Below are positions 49,205-62,420 of a stretch of 64,000 nt of DNA, in pieces. The notes beneath the pieces are model-generated. The model did not search any database, had not been told where the DNA came from, and saw only the letters and a list, made by a program, of their open reading frames with translations. Origin of the DNA: Narcine bancroftii. Lineage: Eukaryota. A program made the position numbers and the translations under genes. Positions within the stretch are counted from its first letter, which is position 1. Each line of letters begins with the position of its first letter. The stretch covers positions 133,796,001 through 133,860,000 of the forward strand of contig NC_091474.1 in assembly GCF_036971445.1 (NCBI RefSeq), given 5' to 3'.

Positions 49205-49460
49205 AAATGTTGGTTGAGCAATAAATATTGACCTAGAAGTGCTGTCTTCATCTTCAGAAGTGACACAGTTTTGTTTTAGCTTCAGCTGATGAGGATAGAG
49301 AGGGCCTTTGTTTAATGGTTCATCTCAACTATTGCAGCTCCCGGTTGTGAGGCACATCCTGGGGACTGCACTCGAGTGCCAGCCTGGCCTTCATGCTGAA
49401 ACTTTTGGAGTGGATCTTGAGCCCAGAGGTGAAAGTGATTATCCACTGAGCAAAGGCTCC
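49205..49460 (-). mobile_element. Ancient Deu-domain SINE relic (SacSINE/AmnSINE-like)
   Basis: 'GGTTGAG.AATAAATATTG', 'CTGCACT.GAGTG.CAGCCT' and 'GGAGTGG..CTTGA.CCC' match the antisense DeuSINE body and head as I recall them. Confidence 0.6.
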
Positions 49461-50185
49461 TAACAGGGTAAAATATAATTAAAAATAAAGCTGCAGCATG
49501 AAGTCCTTTTATCTTTTTCATCATTTCTGTGTGGGAGTATTCAAAGGACAAATAATTTTTTGTACTCTTTAACACTCTGTTGCATTCCTAATCTAAATAT
49601 GGCAATGGCATTTTCAAATTAACAATCAGATGTTCATTTCAATGTACAAAGGCAAGCTTACACAGCTGCCAGCATCACTTAATAATAAGGGAATTATTTT
49701 GTTAGCTTGTTTGGAGTGGAGCTGTTGGATTTAGTCATGTGATATTGACAACAATGAACAAAAAATAAATTTGGTGCATTCTAACAATCAGTTGCCAAAC
49801 GAGGCAGTTTCTTATTTTTGGTAAATCAGATAGAAGCTTGATTAATATCTGAATGTATTCATCAAGGGGAAAATGAACTAAGCAACAATTATTATACATC
49901 ATCAGCACAGATGGAGGGCACTTGGCCCATCATTCACATGCTAACTCCCTGAATGAGTATTCCAGTTGGTTTAACATCTTGCACTTTCTCCGTAGCCACA
50001 TAAGTACTCATGATGTTAGTATATATCCTTCCCTCAAATTTTATTATCAAATCTCCTTCCATCACCCTCATTAAAACATCACACCCAGCTCAAAACAACA
50101 GAGATGAACAGCTTATACTGCTGAAGAGATGTTTCAATTCATTAGATTTTGTGAAATTCCTTTTGTCAATCAATAACTTTATTTT

Positions 50186-50490
50186 ATAACATAACATAAC
50201 ATAACATAACAATTACAGCACGGAAACAGGCCATTAGGCCCTTCTAGTCCGCACCGAACCAAACACCCCTTTCTAGTCCCACCTCCCTGCACAATGCCCA
50301 TAACCCTCCATCTTCTTCTCATCCATATACCTGTCCAACCTTTTCTTAAATAATACAATTGACTCCGCCGCCACTATTTCTCCCGGAAGCTCATTCCACA
50401 CGGCTACCACTCTCTGAGTAAAGAAGTTCCCCCTCATGTTACCTCTAAACCTCTGCCCCTTAATTCTTAACTCATGTCCTCTTGTTTTAA
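50186..50490 (-). mobile_element. Young CR1 3' end with (GTTAT)n tail
   Basis: (ATAAC)5 followed by ACAGCACGGAAACAGGCC. The minus strand encodes 'FFTQRVVAVWNELP'. CpGs are retained. Confidence 0.85.
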
Positions 50491-50745
50491 TGGTTCATTC
50501 CAGTATTGTTGCTGGGGGAGTTAATACATGTGGCAAAGTTTCTCTGAGATGAAAAAAAGAGCCATGTAGAATGTAACAGAGTAACATGGATTGTAGCTTC
50601 AGTGGCAAATGGTATCCAGAACAGATGATTCAATCCCTTGAGTCTGCAGTGGTATTCATGACTGATCTGGATGTCAATTCCTCCTGCCCTTGGTTCTGTC
50701 CCCTCAAATATCCATCTACATCAGCATTGAAGATTCACAACCTTT

Positions 50746-52570
50746 TAGTTCTGGAGCATAGCTTTTCCCATGTTTCATTCTTTATCTTTATGTTTAGATC
50801 TTGTTCCCACTTTTGTTTGGGTTTACAGCTTATTTCATCGTTCTCTTTCTCTTGCAGATTGATGTACATGTTTGTTATAAATCTTTTAATTATCATCGTG
50901 TCTGTAATCACATATTCAAAGCTCCTTCCTTCTGGTAACCTCAGTCTGCTTCCCAATTTGTCCTTCAAGTTGGTTTTCAGTTGGTGGTATGCAAACATTG
51001 TACTGTGAGTTATACCATATTTGTACTTCATTTGTTCAAAAGATAATAAATTATTTCCCAAAAAACAATTTTCTATTCTTTTGATCCCTTTTCTCTCCCA
51101 TTCTCTAAAGGAAAGGTTATCTATTGTGAAAGGGATTAGTTGATTTTGCGTCAATATTAATTTTGGTAGTTGGTAATTTGTTTTTTTCCTTTCCACAGAA
51201 TCTTCTTCCAAATGTTGAGCAGATGGTGCAGTACTGGTGAATTCCAATGTTGCACCAGCTTTTTATCCCACTTATATAGTATATGTTCAGGTACCTTCTC
51301 CCCTATTTTATCTAGCTCTAACCTGGTCCAATCTGGTTTTTCCCTTGTTTGATAAAAATCTGATAGGTATCTTAATTGTGCAGCTCTATATTAATTCTTA
51401 AAGTTTGGTAGCTGTAAGCCCCCTTCTTTGTATCATTCTGTTAATTTATCTAGCACTATCCCCGGTTTTCCCCCTTTCCATAAGAATTTCCTTATTATTT
51501 TCTTTAGCTCATTGAAGAATTTAAGTGAATTGGTAACGACTGAAATAGATATTGTATCCTTGGTAAGATATTCATTTTAATGCAATTTACCCTTCCTATC
51601 ATTTTTAGTGGTAAATCTTTCCAATGTTCTAAGTCATCTTGTAATTTCTTCATTAATGGCTGATAATTTAATTTATATAGATGGCCTAGATTATTATCTA
51701 GTTGAATACCTAGGTGTTGGATTGCTTGTGTTTGTCACTTAAATGGTGATTCTTTCTTAAACTTTGAAATACAATAAACACGAGGTTACGCATGATACAA
51801 TATAATTGGATATACAGGCTATACACCATGCCCCAAAAGTTAAATAAATGGGACCCAACAGTATCAGATAGATGTTTTCGCTGTAAGAAGGAAATGGGAA
51901 CAACAGTACATGCAAATTGGGCATGTGAGAAAGTGGAAAAGTTTTGGGAAGATCTAAATCAGGTATTAAATAAAATCACAAAAAATAACATACCAAAAAA
52001 TCCAGAGATCTTTCTTCTAAGTAATATAAGAAGTTAAGAACTTGGCCTCGATTTGGATGAAGCACAAAAAAGATTTATTATGATAGCCTTAGCTGTAGCA
52101 AAAAATTGTATAATGTCAACCTGGAAATCAGAAGACAGCCTGAGAATACAGCAATGGTACATAGAAATGAATAAATGTATTCCATTGGAAAAAATAACAT
52201 AATTTAAGAAATAACATCACAGTATTCGAACAAATTTGGGAACTCTACGTGGAACACAACAGAGAGGGCCTACCGCGGACCTCCACCGCCTAAAATGACA
52301 GAATGAGAAGTTGAAATGTACTGACCCAGTATGTAAAAGTAGAAGACACAATTTTCTTGTTTATCTTCATTGTGTGATGACATTGTTTAATGGGTTTGAT
52401 GTATTGTTTTATGTTAAACGTTGAGTGGGTGGGGAGGGGGGTGGGAAGGAGGGAGGGAAGGGAGGGGGAAAATGGGAGAAAATGACACTGTGTATATTCA
52501 AGAGGGAAATGTTTGTGTGTATTTTGGTCAATATGGTTCATAGTGTGAAACATTTTAAAAATGTTAAAAA
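50746..52570 (+). mobile_element. 5'-inverted L1 insertion (inverted arm 50746-51765, sense arm 51766-52570)
   Basis: 16-bp TSD AAGATTCACAACCTTT (50730-50745 and 52571-52586). ORF2 peptides on - (50735-51247) and + (51792-52037, 'CFRCKKEMGTTVH'). G-rich 3' UTR and A-rich tail. Confidence 0.93.
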
Positions 52571-55500
52571 AAGATTCACAACCTTTCTGGGAGGAATGGA
52601 AGTTCCAGAGACCAGGATCCAGAACCGGCATTTTACTTTAGGTATCTGCATCTGAGTTCATTTTACTTTTCTGATACTATATTTGTGGTGCATTAATCGT
52701 AGGTGTCTTTTATTATGTAAACAACCAAAATGCATTCTCATTGAAATGACCCAAAGTGAAAACTGTGTTATATCTGTAGCAGTTGTCGATTCACTATCTC
52801 CATATTACATTTCCTCAAGAAGTCAAAATTCCAATAACGATTAGTTGCATCTTAGTGGGAAGTGTTTTATTTTTATCACATTGAGCACTGAATGCCTCAG
52901 CATTTAAAAATGATAGGTAGAAACATTTGCTATTCCTCATGTGCAGTTACATTGATGTGTCACAAGTGCAAAGATTTCACCATTCAAAAGACTTTATTCA
53001 AGTAATTTTCATTACGACTCTGCAAGAATAATAAAACAAGAAAATGGCTGTTTTATTTTCTTATATCTACACGTGAAAAGCAATGCTCTGTTTCAGCAGT
53101 TATTACAAAGGGCACTTCCCACTCAGCTCCAGTACAAGAGCAAAATCATTCTCCTCGACAACAACACAGACTAATAGTAACCAGCTTTCAGCAATGCAAA
53201 CATCATTTTTCCACCTGTAATGATTCATTCCTCTTCCACTCAGCTTTACAATTATATCTTCAGTAGTAGCAAATGTCACAAACAAGCCAAATATTAGATA
53301 TCAAAATGGGGCCAGAGAGCCCAAAAGTCAGCATGTTACTTTCATGTTTGTTTAAAGTTCATATCACCGAGTACTGGAGGAGTGCCCGACCACAGCACCA
53401 GGCAAAGGAGCTGGTCGCTGTGGGGCAAGTTTGTGAAGAGCTTGGATGGTAGACACTGTTCACTTCCCACTGGTAATTGAAGTACACAGTCAGCTGCTGC
53501 AATTTATTCTAACTGTGAATGGAAAATTAAGATGATTGGTATCCCTTTGTTTTGGGGAGAAGTATCTCAGAAATACTTTCCCAATTTGGTAAAGGGTGAA
53601 CCTGGCAGGGTAGATGTTAAATTTTTTTTTTGAGATTTTGTCACATGAGCACCCTCCTTCAACCATATCCAATCCTTTCTTCCCCCATGTATTGTCTTTT
53701 GAAAAAAGAGTTTTGCATTATTAACAAAGAATCCCTTGGTGTCCGAAACAAATTCACCATCTGATCTCCAAAGTGATGAGGAATGCAGCAATGATGGAGT
53801 TATTTCATTATCCTACTGGTCATATGAATTCTCCACATTTTGAATGGTGATTAAGGCAGATGGAAAACAAAATGGCAAAATATATCAATGTTCTTGCCAA
53901 TCATGTGAGCGCCGATGAATGGGGCATAGTTATTGCAAGTGACACATGTGGTCCAATAAATGAAAAGAAATGGCTGTGGTTCCTCTGAAGTTAAAAAAAA
54001 ACCCAACAGTGATGTGGAAGACAAAAATAAAATTTAAAATGCCAAAGCCTTGATGAAGTGTTTCAGCCTGAAACATTGACCATTCTTCTTCTCCCTCAAA
54101 TGCTGCTCAGTTTTCTGAATTCCTCCAGCAAATGATGTGCTGCTCCAGATTCCAACATCTGCAATCTCTCCTGTGTCCTCAAAAACTCTGGAAATAGTCA
54201 GCAGGTCAGACAGCACTTGAAGGATGAAAAATATTCCCAGAACTTCAAAAAGTTGGAAACAAAATATACTTTATGCTGTGGGGAGGAGAGAGGAGAGGGT
54301 AAAGGGGAGATCTATGAAAGGGTGAGTATCAAGGGATGCTGATTAGTGGGGATGGAGGGCATGTTGAAGGCCTATTATTTTCAGGTGATTTGTTTGTGGG
54401 AGATGCGGGTAGGATATAAATGAGGACAAGTTATATAATGCAAGAACAGTGAGATACAAAACACTGCATCTGAAACAAAGAAGAATTCTGAAAATACCCA
54501 GCTAGTTAAAACAGCAAAACAGTCTATTGGAAGAATACTGTAGGTTCAACATTAGTGGGAGAAAAAATGGTGGGCATTTCGAATCAGAAACTCTTCATCA
54601 ACACTTATGTGTCTGTGGTTAAAGTGGCATTTGTGGGGATAGAAAAACTGAAATAACATTCCTAATAATTTTAATAAAACTGAACTTCTGATTCAATGTA
54701 GATAACTGCGTTATGTCACATGGTGGAATTTAATTTAGAGCTCTGAAGCCAGTAAAGAGCCCATCAAAAGATGACGTGTTGTTTTAGGGGTTGATTTTGA
54801 GCTTAACTGAAGAGTGAAAAAAACCAAAGGCAGAGTCAGGTGGGATGGGATGGAGAACTAAAGGGACGAGCTTCTGGAAGCTCAGGGTCACCCTTGAAAA
54901 CTTAGCAGAGGTTGTGAAAGCCTACTTGTGTTTATTTTTTCCACTGTAGAGGAGACCATTGTGTCAGCATCAGATGAAGTGCACTAAATTGGAAGAAGTG
55001 CTGGTGAATCAGTACTTCACTGGGAAGGACTTTATAAGTTCTCTGAGAGTGGGACAGGACAAGGTAGGAAGGTGACTGTTTCCACCTATGGTCATGTGGA
55101 TCAAACCAGGTAATTTACTGGGTCCGTACCCGGTAATCACACAGTGTGAATCATTCCAAGCTCAGGGTGAGTTAAATTCAACCGGCTCTGATACTTGGCG
55201 GGGACAAGTGTCAGATCCCGGCCGAGTTAACTCACTAATTGCCTTTTGGCAGTGTGAAAGTACAACCTGCTTTTGCATTGTCACCACTGGAGGCAGAACC
55301 CCCCCCCCACCCCCCGGCCTTTAAAATGCCGGGTTACCAATTGACCAGGTAAAGGCTGCTGAATGCAGCATAGCTGTTAAATTGATCCGCTTCTGCTGCC
55401 ACCGTCAGACACACCTTTTAGGGATTCCAAAGGAACTGTTCTCTCAGCGAATCCCCTATACATTCTTGCATCTCCTCCAACAGCTACATTCCCTCTCACA

Positions 55501-56197
55501 AAGCTCACATGGAAATAGATTTCCTGAGTCATTACAAGGAGAAGAAATAAAAAGCATATGGCAATAAATGAAGGCATGGTTGAGAAGATAATTCATGAAG
55601 GCTCTGTATGTGTCAATGGAGATGGTAAAGATTAAATATCCAAGTAGTGCCAGGAAGAAAGGTTTCCAAATTTGGGTGACAAGACAAAGAACCACAAGGA
55701 GGAAGGAGCTGAATAACAGAAGGCTATAGATGCAATTTAATATGAGCAGTTGGTGCGCTGGACTTTGGCAACCACACGAAGTCTGGATTTATTGAAATCC
55801 ATGCTAGGGTGCAGGCTGACATGGGAAAGAATCAATGAAGGGAATAGTGCAGGCATTCAGTGGCAAGGAAAATGAAGTCTGAACACAAATAGAAATCATT
55901 TGGGCAAAGAGAACAGGCAACATTGTCTTGCCTTTGAAATTCAGCTCTGAATCAAGCTGAACTCTAAGTGCAGTCACCCGGTTTGCAAGGCAGAGGGAGA
56001 ATGGTGGAGATGATCCAGGTGTACATAGGTTCTGATAAGAGTTATGTTGGGTAACTTCAGATATGAGCTGCTTTCATTTTTGTTAGAAGCCATATTGCAT
56101 GACAATTGCCCAGAAGTATAGGACAAAGATGAAAATGTGGAGCCTGATATTATTTGCAAGATTTTCAGAAGTAGCCTTCTATAGTTATTGAATGAAG

Positions 56198-56312
56198 ATC
56201 TACCGGGACCAATGCCTGAAGAGGGCGCACAAAATCAGTGAACCGGTGCGGACTCGAAAGGCCAACATGGCCTGTTTCCGCTCCTTAAATGGTTATATGG
56301 TTATGGTTATAT
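56198..56312 (+). mobile_element. Short chimeric retro-insertion: Rex-Babar-like piece joined to a CR1 3' end
   Basis: 56198-56236 encodes IYRDQCLKRAHKI. 56237-56312 is the CR1 tail family seen at 33551-33633. Confidence 0.55.
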
Positions 56313-56799
56313 ATGTGGACTTGGTTTTGCCTTTCTTAGGCATTTCAATCAAATAGGCCCCTGAGGTTTCTGTCACTCGTGGAAAAATTCTAACCACTGA
56401 CCACTCAACAGATGTCAGGTCAGAGGAACCTTGAACAGACACAACGTTTACTAACCAAAGGCAGGGATGGAAGGACGAGACACACAAGTGACTCGAGATG
56501 CTGGGATCTGAAGTTAAGCACACTACTGCAGGAACTCAATGGTTCAATCCCACTATACTGCTGAGTTAATGCAGCAAACTGTATTTAGGGAGGAAAGGTT
56601 ATTTAATTTGTAAAGAACACTCCCCATGTGCAACAGTAGCATTCTCCAACCCCCTGCCTTAACCCCTTCAATAAAGCTACAATCATCTCATGGGCTGCTC
56701 CAACTCATCTCCAGATCTTGACTGAGGGAAACAAGCTTTTCAACCTGACAGTGCCTGGCAGAGAGCCAATTTCTATGCAAATATAAAACACATGGAGCT

Positions 56800-57020
56800 T
56801 TTGTCCATCTGTCTCAGGACCAAGGACCGTGCTCTGCTCTCAAGGGTGAATGTAAAAGATTCCATGTCACAACCTGGAGAAAAAGCACAGGGAAATCCTT
56901 GTCAAAACTTACACTTTGACTATAATCAGATTATCTTGGGTATATCCGCTTGTGAAATCCATGGAACACCCATTAGTTGCCAGATTTCCCTGCATCGCTA
57001 CAGTAGCAGGTCTGAAGTGG
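56800..57020 (+). mobile_element. Deu-domain SINE relic
   Basis: 'CTGCTCTCAAGGGTGAATGTAAAAGATTCCATG' resembles the Deu core. Confidence 0.55.
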
Positions 57021-57065
57021 ACACATGAATCCGATTCAATCTGATTTCAGTGAGTGGTTAGTATA

Positions 57066-57335
57066 GGGGCAGCAGGGTTAACGTGAGGGGCAGTTAGCTG
57101 GCAGTTAACGCAACACTGTTACATCACCAGCGACCAGGACCAGGGCACAAATCCTGCACTGTCTGTAAGGAGTTTGTACGTTCTCCATGTCTCTGCATGA
57201 GCTTTCTGCAGGGGTTCTGGTTCCCTCCCACCCTCCCAAATGTACTGGGGGTTGTCAGTCAATTTGGTGTAATTGGGTGGCATGGGCTCATGGGCTGGAA
57301 GGGCTGTCACCGTGCCATAGGTCTAAATTTAAATT
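57066..57335 (+). mobile_element. V-SINE (HE1-like), near full length
   Basis: tRNA-like head, V-domain 'CTGTAAGGAGTTTGTACGTTCTCC' and a CR1-like tail ending (TAAATT)n. Confidence 0.85.
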
Positions 57336-57574
57336 TATAAACCTTGCCTGGGACACCTCTCAAGGCTGTGTCATGAGTTCTCTTCCATTCATCTGTGACA
57401 GCAGGGCTTGATCTGAAATACATTAAGTTCTTCCTTTCCTTTCTCTCAATGACCAGATAATTTGAATGGCAGCATCACTTTTGAATATTTTTACTGCAGA
57501 GATGGAAAGGATAAACAAGGCATGAATGATTAAAGTGAGTGACCAAGAATATTTTTTTAAAACATTAGCCATAC

Positions 57575-57735
57575 AGCACAGAAGAATGCTCTTCTGGCCC
57601 ATGAAACCCGTACTGCCCAATTACACCCAATTACTTAGCAACCCCTATATTTTGGAAGGTTGGAGGAAAGCTGAGCACCTGGAGAAAACACATGTTCCGG
57701 AGAACCTACAAACTCCTTACAAACAGCACCCAGAT
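57575..57735 (-). mobile_element. V-SINE fragment
   Basis: Reverse-complement similarity to 57160-57330. Confidence 0.75.
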
Positions 57736-58119
57736 CACTGCCATTGAGGTTACAGACAGATCTTATTCAATGTCGGTACAGGCTTCAAGACCCGAGTGAT
57801 CTACTCCTGTTCTAATTCATATCATCATCTGGCTCTTCATCTCACTGTCTCATTGGTTTTCTCTACCCCTTTAGATTTGAGCTCCAAAATTCCTTTTGTT
57901 GTCATGTATACAAAATACAGAAAAAATTGTTTTCCTTTGCCCATGGCCTGGTTTGGAAAAGGAAGACTGCAGAAAGTGCAACCTCCCTCCCTTGAAGATA
58001 TCCATGTAAAGCTCAATGACTCAAGGAGGTACAACTGAGCAGTTGCATCAGAGCACAAATTAAGGTTTTACCAGAACTAGTTGACAATGAATAGCAGTGT
58101 GGATGGAATGTCAGGTCAG

Positions 58120-58325
58120 CATTTTGGTTAACATGATGTTATTACAGCTCCGGTAGTCTGGGTTCAACACTGTCTGTAAGGGGTTTCTACATTCTCCCTG
58201 TGACCTGCATTGGTTTTCCATGGGTCCTCTGGATTCCTGCAACTCTCCAAAACATTTAGGGTTGCAGGTTAACTGGGTGTAATTGGATGCACAGGTATCA
58301 ATGGCTGGAATTAGCTTCTCCATTT
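58120..58325 (+). mobile_element. V-SINE, diverged
   Basis: Similar to 57066-57335 along its length. Confidence 0.7.
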
Positions 58326-58692
58326 GTAAATAATTTTAAAAAAAATTTGTGCTCCATTTTAATATTGCTCAAAAGACTACTTTAGGCAAGTCATAATTGT
58401 CCTTTAGGATAACTGTTTGTTTGCAATTAATCAGGAGAGATTGCACTATTTGCATGGTATCAGTAGGCCTGTTGTTTCATTACTTTCTCAGGCAAATAAT
58501 GGTAGAACAGCAAAGTATTGTTTGTTATGTTACACCTCACCAGCAGCAATTGAGGGATGCATAAACAGATGGGCTAAGTTTAACTCAAAATTTATTAACA
58601 ATTGTCAATAATGGAATTAACTCAATTGACTTTATGGTAACTGTATACAAACAACAGATATTCATAATGTGTATGTGAAAAAAAACCCATAC

Positions 58693-59700
58693 TATTACAG
58701 TCCAAGCCCAAAGTGCCCCAAATAAAACTCCCAAAACAAAACCTCAAGTCGGTCACATCAAGTCAGTCAGTCAAAAGAATAATCGACAGAATTTGGTCTC
58801 CAGACATTGATTTCTTAGTTTAGTTGCGCACACAAGGCTTTTAGTTGGACATGGAGAGAGATGACTGTTATCACTGGAGAATTACAACCTTGTCAGGGGA
58901 ATGTGAAAGACTTTCCTGCGTTTCTAATGTGGTAACGACCACCTTTAATTTCTTCACAAGGGAATTTTCACAGTGACCTAGTCACTAACACGAGGTCCGC
59001 ACCTCTGAAGCCCTTTTTAGGGTTGTCAAGTGACCTTCTGTCACATGAGCCTTCTCCTCTAAAACCCTGTCTTGGGTTGTCAAGTGACATGCCATCTCTT
59101 GAAAGGGGAGTGGAGAAGCAGAGGTTGGACACACACACACACACACTCTGGGAGTCAGAGTGTCACAAACTGCTGTCAGGACAGTAGAGCTGGCACCCGT
59201 GGACAAAGCTGCTCAGCATCTTTTCTTCTAACTGAAGCGGCTGGGTGAGCACACTGACAGAGAGTTCCTCTCGGCAGTGCTGGCATCCGTGAATGAAGCA
59301 ACTCAGCCGTTTGCCTGCTGAAGCTGCTGGGTGTGCACCCACATATGGACCGACTATCTGACTAATGGCCATCCAACTAATTGTTGTCTGACTAACTGTT
59401 CAACTTCAGTGTGCTGGGATCTTCAACTGCCCCAGCACATGCCTTCAGCTCTCCTGATTGGCAGAAAGGGGTTGACAACAGTAGGTGTGGTCTCCACAAG
59501 CCCACCAGCTTCAGCGCGGGGCTCTGGCACTCCTGACAGCTGTCGATTATCCCAGCATGTGGCTCTCACGCTCCAAGCAGCTATTCACTTTCTCAGCATG
59601 CTGCTTCAGTATTTCCCACAGCATGCGCTCCTCTCTCTCTCCCGCTGCACATTCAGTCCTGTCCCTGGTCCGAAAATAAAGCTGTCTAGGGTCCATAACA
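58693..59700. mobile_element. Candidate old solo LTR (about 1.0 kb) with internal duplications
   Basis: TATTACA...CATAACA termini, GC-richer than the flanks, AATAAA near the right end and a CCAAT box on -. No matching TSD. Confidence 0.4.
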
Positions 59701-61794
59701 GTTAAAGGAATCATTTCCCAACTAAAGTAGAGAAAGCAGTATAATTAACACCACAGAGAGCACTGATATCTTCAAGATACACTCACACTTATATAAACCA
59801 CAATTCATGAGGTATGAAAATGCCAGACTTTAAAGAAATGAAGATAAATGCATTTGGATGTTGCTTTGAAATCACAACCATCAATCAGGAAAGAACTCTG
59901 GTACACTTCAGACCCATTCACAAGAAAGAACCACGCTTGGAAATGAAATCGCATTTGCAAGAGTTGGATATTTACTAAAATATTCAGCAACAATTAAAAT
60001 ACAATTTACCAGGAGAGGAATCCATTAAGTTAGTTTTTATACTGGCAGTGGAGTGAAAGGCTGGTTTACCCAAAGAATTATTAATGGAAGTAAAAAGGGT
60101 TTCTTCATTTCAAATCTATTTGTAGAATGGTAATTAGCTGAAATTTGAAAGGACAATAATGTGTAATAACTCCATTGTTTGTTCAGATATCGGAAAACAA
60201 ATACTATACATCAGTATCTGTGCAAACTCTGTAGATGTACTACTACCTTGCTATTGCTGTTGATTAGGATACATTTAGAATTAAATCCTGCATTCTAAAA
60301 CAAGAACTTCAAAAATATTTGATGTCCAAAAGGAACAGATGTCCCATCCCTCCTTCCTTGCACAAAATGTGGGTGACACAAGAGAAACTCCTTCATTGTC
60401 CTCACCTAGGTGCTTTTTGAGCAAAAACAAGTGAGACACAATCAGATGAGGTATCACCTTTGGCTACATGGTGGCATTCAAGTCCTGCCTTAGACTCTCA
60501 CTGTAGATTCATAATTCAGGCTGAACACCAAGCAAACTCTGCATTGTCATTGGCTTAGTTGCTTAAACCTCAGATGTGCCAACATTTTACATGACCAGTC
60601 CTGCCTTGGTCACACTTTCTTCTCCACTCTCCCTTCAGGCAGATGAGTTTGACAGCACATACCATCAGATTCAAGGACAGCTTCTTTCCCACAGTTATCA
60701 GAATGGGCCACTCTTCTGTAAAAAATTGATTTTGTTCTCACAAACCTACCTCATCTCAGCTTTTGAATTGCTTTAACTCCACCTTTCTCTGTTAGCACTA
60801 TATTCTGCACTGTTGCTTTATTTTTCACTACCTGTTCTAATTAGGTATGGGTTCATTTGCAAAGATAGCACGCAAAACAAACTTTTTAATTGTACTTCAA
60901 TAACGTGACAATAATAAGTCCATTCAAACGGTGGCAAGAGATCACACCAATTGAAGGACAGCAGATTTCTTCAATTATTTACTGTCTTTGTTTCTACTCT
61001 AGTGATAAGCCCTTTCATCTTCCTGTATTCAAGAGCACATTGTTTTCTTCTACACTATGGGAAATAAGCCTGATTAATCATAAATCCTTTGCTCAATTTA
61101 CTAAATGACATATAATGACTTGCCTTTTCTCTCTGTTATTTCTTCGGATGATGATAAACTTCCGAACATGGTCTTCTGTTTTCTTGCTTATCTCAAGAAC
61201 TAATTGATTCAATTATTGCAATTTACTGCTCACTCATCAAAACCATAGGATTGTTTTTTAGCAGTCATTTTGCTCAGTGGGATTCATTTGGTCTGCTTGG
61301 AAAGATCCTTTGGCAAAGAACTCTGGATCTCAAAAGAGAGGTATTTTTCTTCCAGTCTCCAACACCACGCTGAAATTAGCAGAGTGAAGTATCCCATGAC
61401 ACTTCACTGGAACAATATTGAACTGAATTTGACACCCACTCACAACAAAGGAGACACAAGACAGAGGATTAAGAATGTAAGACAGGTTTTAAGGGGCATT
61501 TTGATGAATGAGAGAAGGATGGAACTATTTCAAGAGTGTGTTTAATGATCAGCAAAGGAATTATTTAATTTGTGCTTGACAATGGGATGCTTTGCCTTGC
61601 AAACTTATAACTTTAACTATGCACAAAATGAATTGACAAACCAGCTATGCCCAAAAATATAAAATTAATCAGATTTTATTAACATATATACTCAGGAAAG
61701 TTCAAAAGTCTTTCAATGGTGAAGTAATAAATTAATTTAATTCTCTTGCAATGCAACTTCTTTCTCTAATCTAAAAAAGTCAGTTCTGATGTGG

Positions 61795-62420
61795 GTAAAG
61801 TAAAAACACAGAAATGCTAGAGGAACACAGTTGGTCTCACAGCAGTATAAGATATATAACTGATGTTTCAGGCCCTAGCTCTTCTTCGTGGTTTGAGCAA
61901 AAAAAAACAGACAGATGCCTGAATTAAAAGAGGCTGGGGCAAGAGAAAAAAAGGAAGGGGAGGAGTACAGACCAAAAGACATGAATAGGAGGGTTGGAGG
62001 GAGGAAAGGTGAGTATTAATAGGGGAAGTGGGGGGTTAGCTCTGTGATGCAGAACTGGGGAAAAGAGCCAGAGGGAAAAGGGAAGAGATGGACAGAGTCA
62101 GAAGAAAGGACACATGTGGGAGGTGGAGTGCTAATGGAAACAGGAGGTCATTCTCAATGCAATCCAGTTGGAGGGTGCTCAGATGGAATATTTGCAGGTG
62201 GACTCAGTCTGGCAGTGCATGAAACCATGAACAGATATATCAGAAAGGGAATGGTGTGGGGATAGAAATGGGTGACGACTGGGAGATGGTCGCTATTGTG
62301 GCTGACAGAGCCGAGGTGTTCAATGAAGCAATCTCCGAGTCTATTTCTAGTCGCTCTGACATAGAGGAGCACAATAGGAGCACTGGATTCAATAAATGAC
62401 CCTTTCCGATTCAAAAGTGT
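61795..62420 (-). mobile_element. Penelope-like element 3' end
   Basis: 'LLYVRATRNRLGDCFIEHL...LPVVTHF' (GIY-YIG) plus the terminal module near 61860-61890. Confidence 0.8.

Noticed and set aside
57066-57160. tRNA-like sequences here and at 42660-42730
   Set aside because: They are SINE heads followed by a V-domain and do not form a full cloverleaf.
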